Made by a program: the position numbers and the translations under genes
Shown here: in pieces, positions 27,363 to 40,202 of the stretch
How the letters are laid out: every line of letters starts with the position of its first letter
Position numbering within the stretch: the stretch's first letter is position 1
Notes under the pieces: generated by a model
What the model was told of the DNA's origin: nothing
Database searches by the model: none
Seen by the model: only the letters and a program-made list of their open reading frames with translations
Assembly: GCA_964016885.1 (NCBI GenBank)
Contig: OZ024740.1
Coordinates: forward strand, 239,382,001 to 239,446,000
DNA: 64,000 bases
Origin: Eledone cirrhosa
Lineage: Eukaryota
Reading direction: 5' to 3'

Positions 27363-28990
27363 GATAGCAACTAACAGTGCTGCGATCGAATGTGGCTTTT
27401 TAGCCCAGCCAATGATCTAAAATGTCTTGCACAGAGTCGGCAACCAAAACATTTACTGGGAATAGTCGGCTGTGGTTGGAGTTCGTGTACTTTTGCATGT
27501 CGCTTGAGTCCTCCTGCTGATTTACATTCTCTACCACATGTTTGGCAAGCATGATGAGTAGCATCTCCAACAGCAGCCTGGTAGTCAACCACTGGTCTTA
27601 CTTTATGACTGCGAAGATGACTTTCGAGTCCAGCTTTGCTTAGGCAGAGTCTCGCACAGACGCTGCATGTCAGAAACATAGGAGGACCCTCGCCGTCTGG
27701 AAGTGCAACAGCAATACCCTTCCTCACGTCCCGCTTTACTTTCTCGTGTGCGATTCGAGATGCCTCAAAGGCAACTTTTCCCTCATATACAGTCTTTCTC
27801 CATTTATTACGATCAGCAGCAACATTTTCCCATGTATCAGCAGAGATGTTAGCGTCTTTCAGAGAGGCCTTCAAGGAATCCTTATACCTCTTTCCTGGTT
27901 TATGTGGCGGTCGTTTTCCTTTAACCAACTCTCCATAGAAGAGTTGTTTTGGTATTCTAGAATCCTTCATCCTGGCAAGGTGACCACTCCAACGGAGTCG
28001 CTGCTTAAGCACAAGAGCTTCTATACTGTCACACATAGAGCTTTCCAAAATCTCGACATCACTGATGTGGTCCCTCCAGCGAACGCCATGTATCCGTCTG
28101 AGACACATCTGATGGAAACGCTCCAATTGCCTAAGGTGGCGTCGATATGTGACCCAGGTCTCGCAGGCATAAAGAAGACAAGAGAGTACACATGCCCTGT
28201 ACACCCTTACCTTTGTCCTCCTGCATATGTCTCGCCGACCCCAGAGTCGCCTTTCTAGCTTTCCGAAAGCATCACTTGCTTTCCTAATCCTAAGTGAGAT
28301 TTCACTGTCAAGGTTGCCGTATCGATTGACAGTGCTTCCCAGGTAGACAAACTGATCAACCACTCCAAGTCGTTTGCCATACACATAGATGTTTGGTTCA
28401 GTGTACTGCCTACCAGGTGCAGGTTGGTACATGACGACGGTTTTCTTGAGACTGACAGTCAAACCCAGGGCAGTGCAAGCGTCAGAAAATACATTCAAAA
28501 TGTGCTGCATATCACTCTCTGTGTGCGCTACAAGATCGCAATCATCTGCATACAAGAGGTCTCTTATGACCGATGTAAATACCTTTGTCTTCGCAGCAAA
28601 GCGCCTGATGTTAAATATGCTGCCTGAGGTTCGATATCGGATGTAAACACCATGCTCGCAATTCCTGAATGCAACACAGAAAACCATTGCAAAGTATATG
28701 GCAAACAGGGTCGGTGCTGGAATATCCCCCTGTTTCACTCCATTTTTTACTGAGATAGGCTCCGACATGTTACCTCCGACATTAACCCAAGCCCTCATGT
28801 CGTCATGGAAAGACCTAACTAAAGCAAGGAACTTATCAGGGCAACCAAGTTTCTGGAGAATCTTCCATAATGCATCTCTGTTGACAGTATCGAAAGCCTT
28901 TGTCAGATCGACAAAAACCTGATACAGATCCAAGCCCTGTTCAATGCACTTCTCCTGGAGCTGTCTAGCTGAGAAGATCATATCAGTAGT
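27360..28990 (-). mobile_element. 5'-truncated young RTE LINE with open RT and three C2H2 fingers
   Basis: Uninterrupted frame from TTDMIFSARQLQEKC to stop at 27371; YADD intact; CSVC..HLRSH, CQTC..HAKVH, CRLC..HIRSQH; (TG)n tail; 5' junction in (CATA)n. Confidence 0.95.
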
Positions 28991-29143
28991 ACATACATAC
29001 ATACATACATACATACATACATACATACATACATACATACATACATACATTATTACTGCTATTGCCAAACCACCAATTTCACCATCATAGTCCCAACCAT
29101 TGACTTGATTCGCATTATTGATCATCACCACCAGCACAGTTCA

Positions 29144-29145
<2 letters not shown>

Positions 29146-29180
<35 letters not shown>

Positions 29181-29206
29181 CTACTACTACTACCACCTCC
29201 ACCACC

Positions 29207-29274
<68 letters not shown>

Positions 29275-29280
29275 CACCAA

Positions 29281-29339
<59 letters not shown>

Positions 29340-29340
29340 T
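29146..29340. repeat. Compound (CTA)n/(CCA)n microsatellite
   Basis: Direct reading of the sequence. Confidence 0.95.
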
Positions 29341-30399
29341 CGGATGTTAATACTATTGTGACCAAACAAGTCCATGTACATCTAATCTATGTTAATGATC
29401 ACTCATACAAGCACCCCTCAACTGTCACCGTCTACACCTCCCTCATACTGTCTTGTTGTGCAACTTAACTTTCACATATGCACATTAACACTAATCTATC
29501 AGTAATACACTCCCAGCCACCCATCACCTACCATCACTACCACAACACACACAATAGATAGACAAATCATTTTAATGGAATATTTGTATTGTTGACATCT
29601 GACTTTCAAATCTGGTATCCGCCCCTTAGCTAAATACCAGATACTTAAAGTAACTAAAAGGGCTTTATAGTGTGTAGTGCATTGTAGTTGGTTAACTGAT
29701 TTCGCAGCAACTAAACCAATTAGTCATGATGTCAAATAATAATAAACTGTTTAAATTCAATATACAAAATCTAATAAATATTCCTTTTTTCCTGAGTCAT
29801 TTGTTAAATAACAATGACGTTTAGTTGACAACCACTTATCTATTTGCACCAGACAAATAAATGTCTTGGTCTATAGAAATCTGCAATTAATTGTTACGTG
29901 TTTCGAATTTGCAATTTAGCCTGACAGTCTGATTGTATTCGATATCAATATTCTCATTACAGCATTCGGCTAAGGTCATCAAGATTAAAAATATCAATAC
30001 TCGAATTGATATTGATATTTAGCTCTAGGCCAGTTATGATCAAGAGGACCTATGATCAGAGTTGTTCGAGCCAAGACACTTCCATATTTTTCTTTTTTTT
30101 TCATGTATAGTATATTTAAAGCTACATTGTCTTCCTATTTTCAGCTAAAATTATATATACCGTGTAAATATAATTGTGGTTTGATCTGTGTAATCGTGGT
30201 GTATATCTATAGCGTAATATACAAGGACAACAAACGCAAAGAACGAACAACGGTACAAAGTGAATAGGCAGATGATATCAAAGATATATATGTAGAGAAC
30301 GAAAATATACGTGTATTTAAAGAACCAGCAGGTGAGTAATAACCAAATGGAAGCGAGCCAGGATAAATGGTTTCTGGCAGAGAAGAGTATTTTGAGTTG

Positions 30400-33300
30400 T
30401 GGCGTAAAAAAAAACCCCACTGGCTAAAACTACCGACCTTATTGCATGTCACAGCCTAATATATAAAATGTATACAGCCTGTCTGAACCTATTCCCCCAA
30501 GGTCACTGTGAAAATAACAATATAACAATATCATCACAAATAAGCATACAGCTTGGACGAAAGGCGTTTAGGGGTGCGCTGAGCAACTCCTAGTTAACCA
30601 AAATGTTATATCAAAGGTAACGGTGACATAGGAGGAACTTGGTTACAGTCTGGCTGGATTACAAGAAAGCATTCGATTCTGTTCCCCCACTATAAAGTCA
30701 CGTAGACTTGCTAAAGTCGCAGGTACCATAATCAAGAACCTCTTCCTGGGCCACTAACCTGAGGAGTATTATATCATTACTGATAAAATATAGTATCGCA
30801 AGGGTATATTTCAAGGAGACAATCTCTTTGTGATGTTATTTATACTATTAGTAACTATTGTCCTTTATGCTGGGAAAATATAAAACTTACGTAATTAGTT
30901 CATAGGAGGCCAGAAATATTAATCTAACACATCTTTGTGAATAATCTGAAAGTTTATATCAAGAATACAAATGGTATGAAGAAAAACCTTGACCTGGTTA
31001 CGACATTCTCAAAACATAGTGGGATGGACTTTGACCAGGATAAACGTTCCTATATGATTATAAGGCGAGAAAAACCTACAAGCCAGTCTAGCAACATTTC
31101 TATCAATGGCTTCACTCTTTCACCGGTAGTTGACGAAGATTGCTACAGAAACCTAAGGATAGTTCGGCATATATCCTATGAATTTGTAACAAGGAAGGTG
31201 TAACCAAGAAATGTAACACCCGAATAAGAGACATATGTTCTTCGGACTCTCTGAGCACAATATATCAGTGGCACACAATGTATTTTCTGTGCCTGTTCTG
31301 ATACCAACATTTGGACTACTTGACTGAACGCTAGATGAGATTCGAGCTATTGATGTTAAAACTCGTGTGGTTCTAACCGTCTTTACCTAAAACGCAAAGA
31401 GAAAGGTGCCCAAACAACATTTGAGTGTCGCATCATATCAATCTGATAATATCTATGGACCACCAAGCGTAGAGGCCTATCCATAGAACAATCTTGTCTA
31501 CATAACATGATGAGAGTTAGGAAAGAGCTCATTGAGAAATACTCCCTAAATAATAGAAAACGTACACCGAGAGAAATTGCACAGCAATACCACAGCGAAT
31601 CCATGCTTGAAAAGCTGCATGCTTATCAGTAAAATCATACATGGCTATGTTGCCAGAAAGCTTCAAGGTGAGAATATAGATAAGCAAAGTAGTCTATCTT
31701 GGATCAACAACCGGTATATTAACTCACACTTTGAAGGAGAGTCTTTAGCAATCCCCAAACAGGAAATAACAACGAAATACCTATGCAAAAAAGAGATAGG
31801 GATGCAAGCAAAACGTCTAGATGCTACTACAGAAGCAGACCCTGCGGAATGAACATCGAGAATGTCACTCACATCATAAGCAGCTGTCCAAAGATGTCAA
31901 TGAGGCATGATGCAACCCGTTTAAAGGATAGTCCTGAGCTTAAAAATATGAAATGTTACACTGATGTGGAGGGTATATGCATACATAATATAAATGAGTA
32001 CTAGTGGGATTTTCCAGTGAAAACCCCAATAAAATACAAACATAACAGACCAAACATCTGTATATATATAAAATTAAGTATGTGTGTCTGTGTGTCTGTG
32101 TATTACCTATAGGAGCCTACATCTTACGACTGATTTTCATGAAACTTTACAGGCTCATAGATTAGTCACCGGGGAGTGTTTTCTATATATCAGCGTATCG
32201 TTTTTTTTTTATTCCGTGGTCATTCTGCAGATAAAAATCGATAGGGGGGTCACCTTTTTTTAGGTATCGAAAAATAAACTTTTGGCGCTAGCTCGCACAT
32301 TTTGCCACCGATTTTGTTCAAATTTTAAAGCAAAATAGATTTTAGCATTGCACATCCTGTAATAGCTTTATATTTTGTATTTGTTGTTCAGGGACGGCGT
32401 GGCAGTCGCTTAAATATTCAAAAATATCACTTTTAGACTCAAATTTCCACTTTTTCGGCTCTAGCTCCCTCATTAATCAACCTACTTTAGTCAAATTTTA
32501 CACTACGCTAGATCTGATTATTTCACGTCTTAAAGTGGCTTTACATTTTGGAATTTTTGTTCAGGAACGGCGTGGCAGCTGCTTAAATATTCGAAAATAG
32601 CACCTTTTCGCTCAAATTTCCGCCTTTTCGGCTCTAGCTCCCACATTTTTCAACCAATTTCGTTCAAATTCGAACTTCGGCTCCACCTCACACATAAATC
32701 AATTTATTTGGTTCAACTTTTATACTACGATAGAACCTATCATTAGCTCCCACATTTTTCAAGCAATTTCGTTCAAATTCGAAACTTCGGCTCCACCTCA
32801 CACATAAATCAATTTATTTGGTTCAACTTTTATACTACGATAGAACCTATCATTGCACATCTAAGAGTAGCTTTAGACTTTGTATTTTTTGTTCAGGCAC
32901 GGCGTCGCAGCCGTTAAACTCTTTAAAATGCGATTTTTTCCACCTCCCACATATTCCATACGATTTCACTCAACATTTCGCCATTTGCTACACCTTACGA
33001 CCGATTTTCAAGAAACTCGCAGTCGCTAAGATCAACACCTTTTCATCAAAGCAGATATTATTTTACCTACCCAGGCAACGCTGGGTACTGCTGCTAGTAA
33101 TGATATAAGACAGAAAAAGGAGGCATGCACAGTAGTGGAAATCAGATGTCCAGCAGATGTCAATATAATGCCAAAGATTAGATAAAAGGAGAAAATTTAT
33201 GTTGAATAAATGAGGAATTTGCTGATAATCCGCACTGACTTTAGATTTGTACCTGTGATTATTAGGGCTCTGAGATGTGTTACTAACTGTCTCAGTACAA

Positions 33301-33550
33301 ATTTTGAGAAGCTACGCTTCCCATAATCAGAAAGTCCATGGCTAATTAGGAAGTAATAACTGCATATACACATGCATAGATACGGAAAAATATGTACGTG
33401 TATACATATAACTTAAAACATACAGATCCACGCACACACACACACATACATACAGACACACATACAGACACACACACGTATTTACTTACTTGATGTCTAA
33501 ACTCTAATGAAAGGGTTTTGTTTCTATGTTAAAAAGCGGCTCTCTCTCTA
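30400..33550 (+). mobile_element. Highly decayed R4/Dong family B LINE interrupted by a Helitron
   Basis: Nucleotide similarity to 12070-12650 (tggctggattacaagaaagcattcgattctgttcc) and to the RLE and 3' UTR; ENVTHIISSCP knuckle remnant. Confidence 0.82.
32057..33097 (+). mobile_element. Non-autonomous Helitron, about 1.04 kb
   Basis: 5' TC, 3' hairpin tacccag-gcaacg-ctgggta then CTAG; inserted between A and T with no TSD; removing it restores the LINE sequence accaaaca/taatgata; internal tandem repeats. Confidence 0.9.
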
Positions 33551-33559
33551 TATAGGTGG

Positions 33560-33790
33560 ACATTTATAAAATAACGATTTATGATTTAGGAACGAGGCCA
33601 AGAGTCTTTGGGGAGAGAAATTAAAATCGACCCAAGTGTGTAACTGGTACTTTATTTTATCGACCCCGTAATGATGAAAGGCAAAGCTAACATAGATGTT
33701 ATTTGAACTCAGAACGTAAAGGGTCATAACTACATGTCGCAAAGCATGTTGTCCGATGTTCTACCGATACTGCCAATCCAGCGCCCTAAA
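33560..33790 (-). mobile_element. tRNA-type SINE
   Basis: Reverse complement has box A-like tggcagtatcgg, box B-like gagttcaaa and the gcctttcatc..ggggtcgataaaataaagtaccag core. Confidence 0.85.
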
Positions 33791-33896
33791 GTAATAAAAC
33801 CAGAATAACATACATACATGCATACATAAATATATACATGCATACATACATACATATTTACACATACATACATACATACATACATACATACATACA

Positions 33897-33928
<32 letters not shown>

Positions 33929-33948
33929 CACATACACACACATACACT

Positions 33949-33984
<36 letters not shown>

Positions 33985-33999
33985 AGAGAATATCCAGAT

Positions 34000-34326
34000 A
34001 TTCAAAACAACGAACAGCGGAGGACACGTTTCGCACCTTTCCGACAGCCCCCCCCCCCCCCCCCCCCCGGAAAAACTCCAGTTGATGGATGTAAATCCGA
34101 AATATATAGGGACAATTAAATCTCTCCCAAGGTAACTCTTTCTCGTGTTGTTATTTTTATTTTTATCCTTTACGTTCATTCCTTCATTCCTCTACACGTT
34201 ACAGTCTTATACACGCCACGCATCTCAACGTACACCCACTTACATCTCTCTCTCCACCACCGGATCTTGTTACCCGGAGATTTACCCATCTGAATTGTCG
34301 AGGCTTCCAAACGACTTAAAGAAATT

Positions 34327-34332
<6 letters not shown>
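34000..34332. repeat. TA-flanked repeat related to the 4960-5180 foldback
   Basis: Shares spacer and one arm; a degenerate hammerhead-like ctgtcgg..cgaaacgtgtc lies on the minus strand near 34020-34048. Confidence 0.7.
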
Positions 34333-34385
<53 letters not shown>

Positions 34386-34469
34386 TATACATACATAACT
34401 ACATACATACATGCATACATACATAAATAAACACACACATAGACACACATACATATACATACATATAGC

Positions 34470-34960
34470 ATGATGGCTGCCCCCTCGTTCTCGAGTATGG
34501 CCATTGCACGATATATCATTATTAATAATTATTAATTAATTCTATCGTGCAATGCCTGTGCATGAAGATATTTTTTAAAGGGAGGAAAGGCTGTGCACTG
34601 AGCTAATCCCACTCTCTGAGCGACAGTAGCTAGAACCCGAAAAAGAAGAATAGATCAACATCATCGGTAACTACTGAGCCGCAGGTTTTATATCGGAGTT
34701 ATCCTAGTTTCCTGAGTTGCCTTCTCCTAGAAGAATGCCCTGACAAAGGCTAGGGGTCCTTCACTCCCAGTGGTTTAACCGCGCGATCGGGTGTCCAGCC
34801 AGACTATTTCTATGTCCCCGTGCATATATACATACACATGCACCCATGTAATACACATATACATACATGTGTATATATATACATATTTACACACTTTTGG
34901 ATGGCCGTTGACTCTTATGAGTTCTTCCGCCCTTTGTCAGGTTTTGTTTTTTGTCCTGCA
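34470..34960 (-). mobile_element. RTE-derived non-autonomous element
   Basis: 3' terminal motif atgatggctgccccctcgttctcgagtatggccattgcac followed by the 5'-UTR-like block shared with 15630-15900 and 25350-25650. Confidence 0.7.
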
Positions 34961-35169
34961 GGGACATATATACATACATAAATAAATAAATACATACATA
35001 CATACAATTGAATTGCAAAACACAGATTCGAACTGGCCTTGTTGCACCACGTTGTCAAATTGGGCGTTCAATCTACGGAAAACTGTACAGCACAGCTGAA
35101 TTACAGTGTTTTCTTGTAACAGATTAGACTAAATGGAATAAAACAATGGAATTCTACAATGCTTAGTTT

Positions 35170-35235
35170 TTAATACCAGAATAATACCAGGATAATACCA
35201 GGATAATACCAGGATAATACCAGGAAAATACAAGG
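35170..35235. repeat. 11 bp tandem repeat (ataataccagg)n
   Basis: About five copies read directly. Confidence 0.85.
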
Positions 35236-37743
35236 AACTATATCAGGATTACGCAAAGAATAATGCTTAGAATTACGCCAAGAATTAAAGAACATTGCAC
35301 AGAGATTATAACGACACACGATGACGCTCACACATAAACGTAGACACATTCACTTATATAAAGAGAAAAAATAGTCAATTGAAAACATGAACATTTTATA
35401 ACATTTAATATGTTTTTTATATAATTCTTCTTCTCATTCTCTTCTTTTTTCCCAATATTTTTTTCACTTTTGTCCCCGAAGTAACTCATCGATTTTTTCC
35501 AATAGCATTATTAAACGCAATATTGCTGATACTTTAAGAACAACATGGATCGTAGAGTAAACAAGATTTATCAAATATGGTTTCAATTATACTAACATTT
35601 AATTCTTTGCTCAGTTATTGCGGTTAATCTTTTACTTGCCAGATATTGCATGAAGTCATGTTTGCCAAACATAGTTATCATTAAACTTCTCAATAAATAT
35701 ATAACAGTATGAACTTACGAGAACTTCCTGAAACTTTAATGTCGACGAAACTAATTTCTGAATTGTCAAGAATGTCATTATCGCTATAGAGATATCTAAA
35801 TTGTCTTAAATGTATTAATGTTGCTGTTTAACCCCGAGTGGATACTGATCAAGCAAATAATCTGAATCAGGGGCACTGAATTTGTGAGATTAAATTATCT
35901 AATGATTTTTGTACTTTAAGGGAGATTTAGGTGCCATTTCTAGCAGGTCGAGAGATTAATCAAAGAATCTCTCAAACTACCGTAGAGTCAATTATATGAC
36001 AAGGTTGCTAATCCCAACTGTAGAAATATTTTGCTTCGCAGTACGTTTGAGAACTGTATGAAAATCACGCAAATGTTCTTACTAATAAAAACTTTGTGCT
36101 ATGTTTATAAAAAAAAATAAATAATAATGCACCACGCTAGAGTTGTTGAGGTTTAATCCTATCCGTGACCATCTCATCGTGTTTTATATTTGGCCTTACA
36201 TTATCCAGTATTAATTTCCTATTTTCAAGACGGTTGTGTAAGATTTAAGAGAACATTGCTGGCTACTATAGAACAAAATACCCCTTCTGTTGAGATTGCA
36301 AATGAATATTAATCCCCGGATGAAGCCGTTTCATTTTACATATGCATCTAATCATTTTAACAGATATCTCCGCTTCGCATCCCATGGTGACACAAGATAC
36401 TGTGCTTAGATAAACTAGAGAATAACAATAATCACAAATATCTGACTCTACTTGTGCCTATATAGAAAATCAATAACCAATTTCTAAGTGTTTTCGATAT
36501 CTATTCTTTGATTCGTGAAGCAGATTGTTTGTTGACGGCAATCAAACATAGACACGCACACGCGCACACACACACACGCACGCACATACACATACACACA
36601 CGCACACACACACAAACACAGACACACACACACACATGCGCATATACTTGAACTCATAGAAACACATAGAAAGTGACAGATGTGTTCACATTTAGAAGTA
36701 AATTAGTAATGTATTACCGCATGGAAAATATAAATAAACTTAGCTGTGTATGTAGAATTGTCAGCGCATCAATTTAGTTAACGAAGACATGGTCCTTCGC
36801 CTGCCAGAAATAACTTCCAAATCCCCACGAAACACACCAATCATACTATATTTTAACAAAATGTGGTACATTAGATAATTTAGTGCTGCAGTGCGGGATC
36901 CCGGGAGACATTCTTTTAAACAATGAGGCGATGGTCATGGCTGCAACACCTTCTATCATAAGTTTTGAAGTAAGTATTCTATTGTCGTATGGAAAATATA
37001 AATGAACTTAGCTGTGTGTGTTAGTTTATTTAGGGAATCAGAAGGACACAATCGAGATCTAGAAAAGTGTGTACGCATCAATTTAGCAAATGAGGACTGC
37101 GCATCAAATTAGCTAAGATGACGGCGTCCCCCAGGCTACTAGAAATAAGAATAAAATACCCCCGTGCGCACGCTTATATGAATATATACGACGATCTTCC
37201 ATCGTCCAAGAAATTTCGCATAATGTATTGGTCAACCCGTCGCTACAGATTCAGACACTTTTCTAATTTGTTGTACAGTGTTTGTTGTGGAATTTTACAC
37301 GGACTATGCGTTTGCAAAGCAAACATTTTAACTACGTGACAAGGTAACGCCTAATGAATCAATTTGTAAATTCGTGAATATAAAAAAAGAAAGAAAATCT
37401 GTCAGATTTCTTTAATGAGGAATAACATTTAAATTTGGTTTCTAAAGCGTTATGACAACAATCACTCGCAGACTTCTTTCGTCGAGACAAAAAATACAAG
37501 GAAGGAAGAATGCTTGTATGTGATTGTTCGACATGATATAAATAGCACCCATATATCCTTCAAATCACACCTTATCATCTTATACAAAACTGGGCATACT
37601 GGATAATATATTCCTACTATATACTAAATTTAAAAATAGGACGAAAGATCTACAGAGAGGCTGGAAAAGACTTGTGGTTAGACAAGTAGAAAATTAAGAA
37701 TAACAAAAGCAACAGCAGAGGGATTTTAGTATATTAATAATGA

Positions 37744-37826
<83 letters not shown>

Positions 37827-37868
37827 CAGGTCTAGCAAATAGAGAAAAAGTTTTAAAATAAATTTTAA

Positions 37869-37907
37869 TATATGTGTTTTTTACACGTAGGAACACATAC
37901 TTTATAC

Positions 37908-37987
<80 letters not shown>

Positions 37988-38024
37988 AAAGTATGTGTTC
38001 CTACGTGTAAAAAATACATATATA
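37869..38024. repeat. Palindrome centred on (TA)n
   Basis: tatgtgttttttacacgtaggaacacatacttta and taaagtatgtgttcctacgtgtaaaaaatacata are inverted arms with one mismatch. Confidence 0.88.
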
Positions 38025-39889
38025 AGGACCTGTTACTTATTGATAAGATGGTAATGAGGAATTGCAAGAGGAGACACACTGGTCTTGCCATGGGATGGAT
38101 AGACTACAAAAAGGCATTTGACATGGTGCCTCATTCTTGGATCACCAAAAGTCTAGAGATCTTCAAAGTGGCAGACAGTTGTTGAGCAAAAGTATGAAGT
38201 CCTGGAAAACAGAGTTAACATCAGCTGGAGAATCCTTGGGAAGCGTGAAGATCAAGAGAGGTATCTTCCAGGGAGATAGTCTGTCCTCTCTGTTGTTTGT
38301 CCTTGCCTTGATGCCCCTGACCATTATACTGCGAAAAGTGAGAGCAGGATACAAGTTGGGAAAGGGAGAGCTTACCATCAATCACCTCCTCTTCATGGAC
38401 GATCTTAAGCTCTTCGGGAAGAGTGAGAAGGAGTTGGATGTGCTTGTTGACACTGTCCGTATTTTCAGCAATGATATATGTATGCAATTTGGTATTAGTA
38501 AGTGTGGAGTCCTTGTGGTGAAGAGGGGTAAATTGAGCAGAAGCAACGGAATCCAGGTACCAGCAGGTGAGATGATAAAGGAAATTGACACTGAAGAAGG
38601 ATACAAGTATTTGGGTGTTCTGGAGGCTGATGACATCAAGAACAGAAAAATGAAGGAATTGATAAGATCTGAATACATTCGGAGAGTAAGGAGCGTATTA
38701 AAGTCACATCTGAACAGTAGGAATGCCATAAGTGCAGTAAATTCCCGAGCTGTGTCTATTATTAGGTACAGTACGGGAATTCTGAGATGGAATGATGCTG
38801 AACAAAAAGAAATGGATAGGAAGACCAGGAAGCCATTGACTATCTACAACATGTTCCACAAGAGGAGTGATGTCGATAGACTCTTCTTAAGGTGGAAGAG
38901 GTCTTATCAGCATAGAGGACTGTGTTCAGATGGAGAAAACCAACCTACACGAATACATGACTGATAGTAAGGAGCCAATGCTCAGAATTGTACTGAAGGA
39001 GAGGGCAATAGGCCAGGGGATGTTCAAGGAGGAAATAACAACGAGGAGAAAAAGCAACCTTCATGAAAAATCCCTTCATAGTACCTTCTTTGAGAAAACG
39101 GAATTCAGAGATCCACAGACATGGAACTGGTTGAGAAGAGGAGACCTTAAAAAGGTTACAGAAGGAATGCTAATGGCTGCGCAAGAGCAGGCCCTAACAA
39201 CGAAGTGGGTGAAACACCATATTTACAAGTACGAGGCTAGCCCACTGTACAGGATCTGTGGAGGGAGGAGACTGTGGCTCACATTGTGTCCGAGTGTAAA
39301 CACCTAGCCCAGACTCACTATAAAGGCTGGAGACATGATGTGTTGGGCAGGGTGATCAACTGGCACCTATGCAAAGTAAACAATTTACCACATTCTGAGA
39401 AGTGGTATGAGCATAAGCCAGAGTCGGTGATAGAAAACGATCAGGTGAAGGTGCTATGGGATTTTAGGATACAGACGGACAAGAAACTGGAACACAATAG
39501 ACCTGACCTGGTGGTTTTGGACAAGGAAAAAAGATCGTGCCTGATTGTGGATGTGGCCTGCCCATTCGACACGAGAGTGCAAGAGAAGGAGAGGGAGAAA
39601 ATTAACCGATACCAGGACTTAAAGTGGGAGATAAAAAGGATTTGGAACTGCCAAGAAGTCAAAGTGGTCCCGATTGTCAGAGGCGCACTAAGTACTATCT
39701 CAAAGAGTTTCCAGGGACGGTTAAAGAAAATTGGCCCCGCCCCGCTTTTTGGAACACTTCAAAAGGCATGCTTGCTGGGAACAGCAAGAACTCTCCGATA
39801 TGTCCTGAATATCTGAGGCTGCAGGTAATAGCTTGATATTCATTTCAACAAACTTTCCAGTTAACTAACATCAATGACTGAGACTCAAA

Positions 39890-39890
<1 letters not shown>
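38025..39890 (+). mobile_element. 5'-truncated R4/Dong family A LINE
   Basis: Highly similar to 23430-25321; GWIDYKKAFDMVPHSW, GIFQGDSLS, HLLFMDDLKLF, RLE; ends in (TAA)n. Confidence 0.94.
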
Positions 39891-39943
<53 letters not shown>

Positions 39944-40202
39944 TTTCTTTATTAACCACAAGGGTTTACATAAAGTAGACATTAAGGACAGTGCAGGACA
40001 ATGCAGGACGGTACAAATGGGCATTTCTGCGTGTAAAAAAACAAAAACAGAGGATGTAACAAAAATAACAATGAAAATAACAATGAAAAATCCCCCATAG
40101 GGGGGAGACTTCGGAGGGACATTTGTGGAGAAAGCCCAGTAAAAAGCCACAATGACCCTGACCACCAAGGCAAGTGCCCTCTCCCAGTTTTCCACCTTTA
40201 GT

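Noticed and set aside
28991-29137. N-terminal extension of the 588 aa ORF, suggesting a fusion gene
   Set aside because: Chance read-through from (TATG)n flank into a 5'-truncated RTE.
30268-30337. Possible small exon ending in a CAG/GTGAGT donor
   Set aside because: Weak acceptor, no recognisable protein, adjacent to a decayed LINE.
35170-35235. CRISPR-like array
   Set aside because: Contiguous tandem repeat without spacers in eukaryotic DNA; no cas genes.
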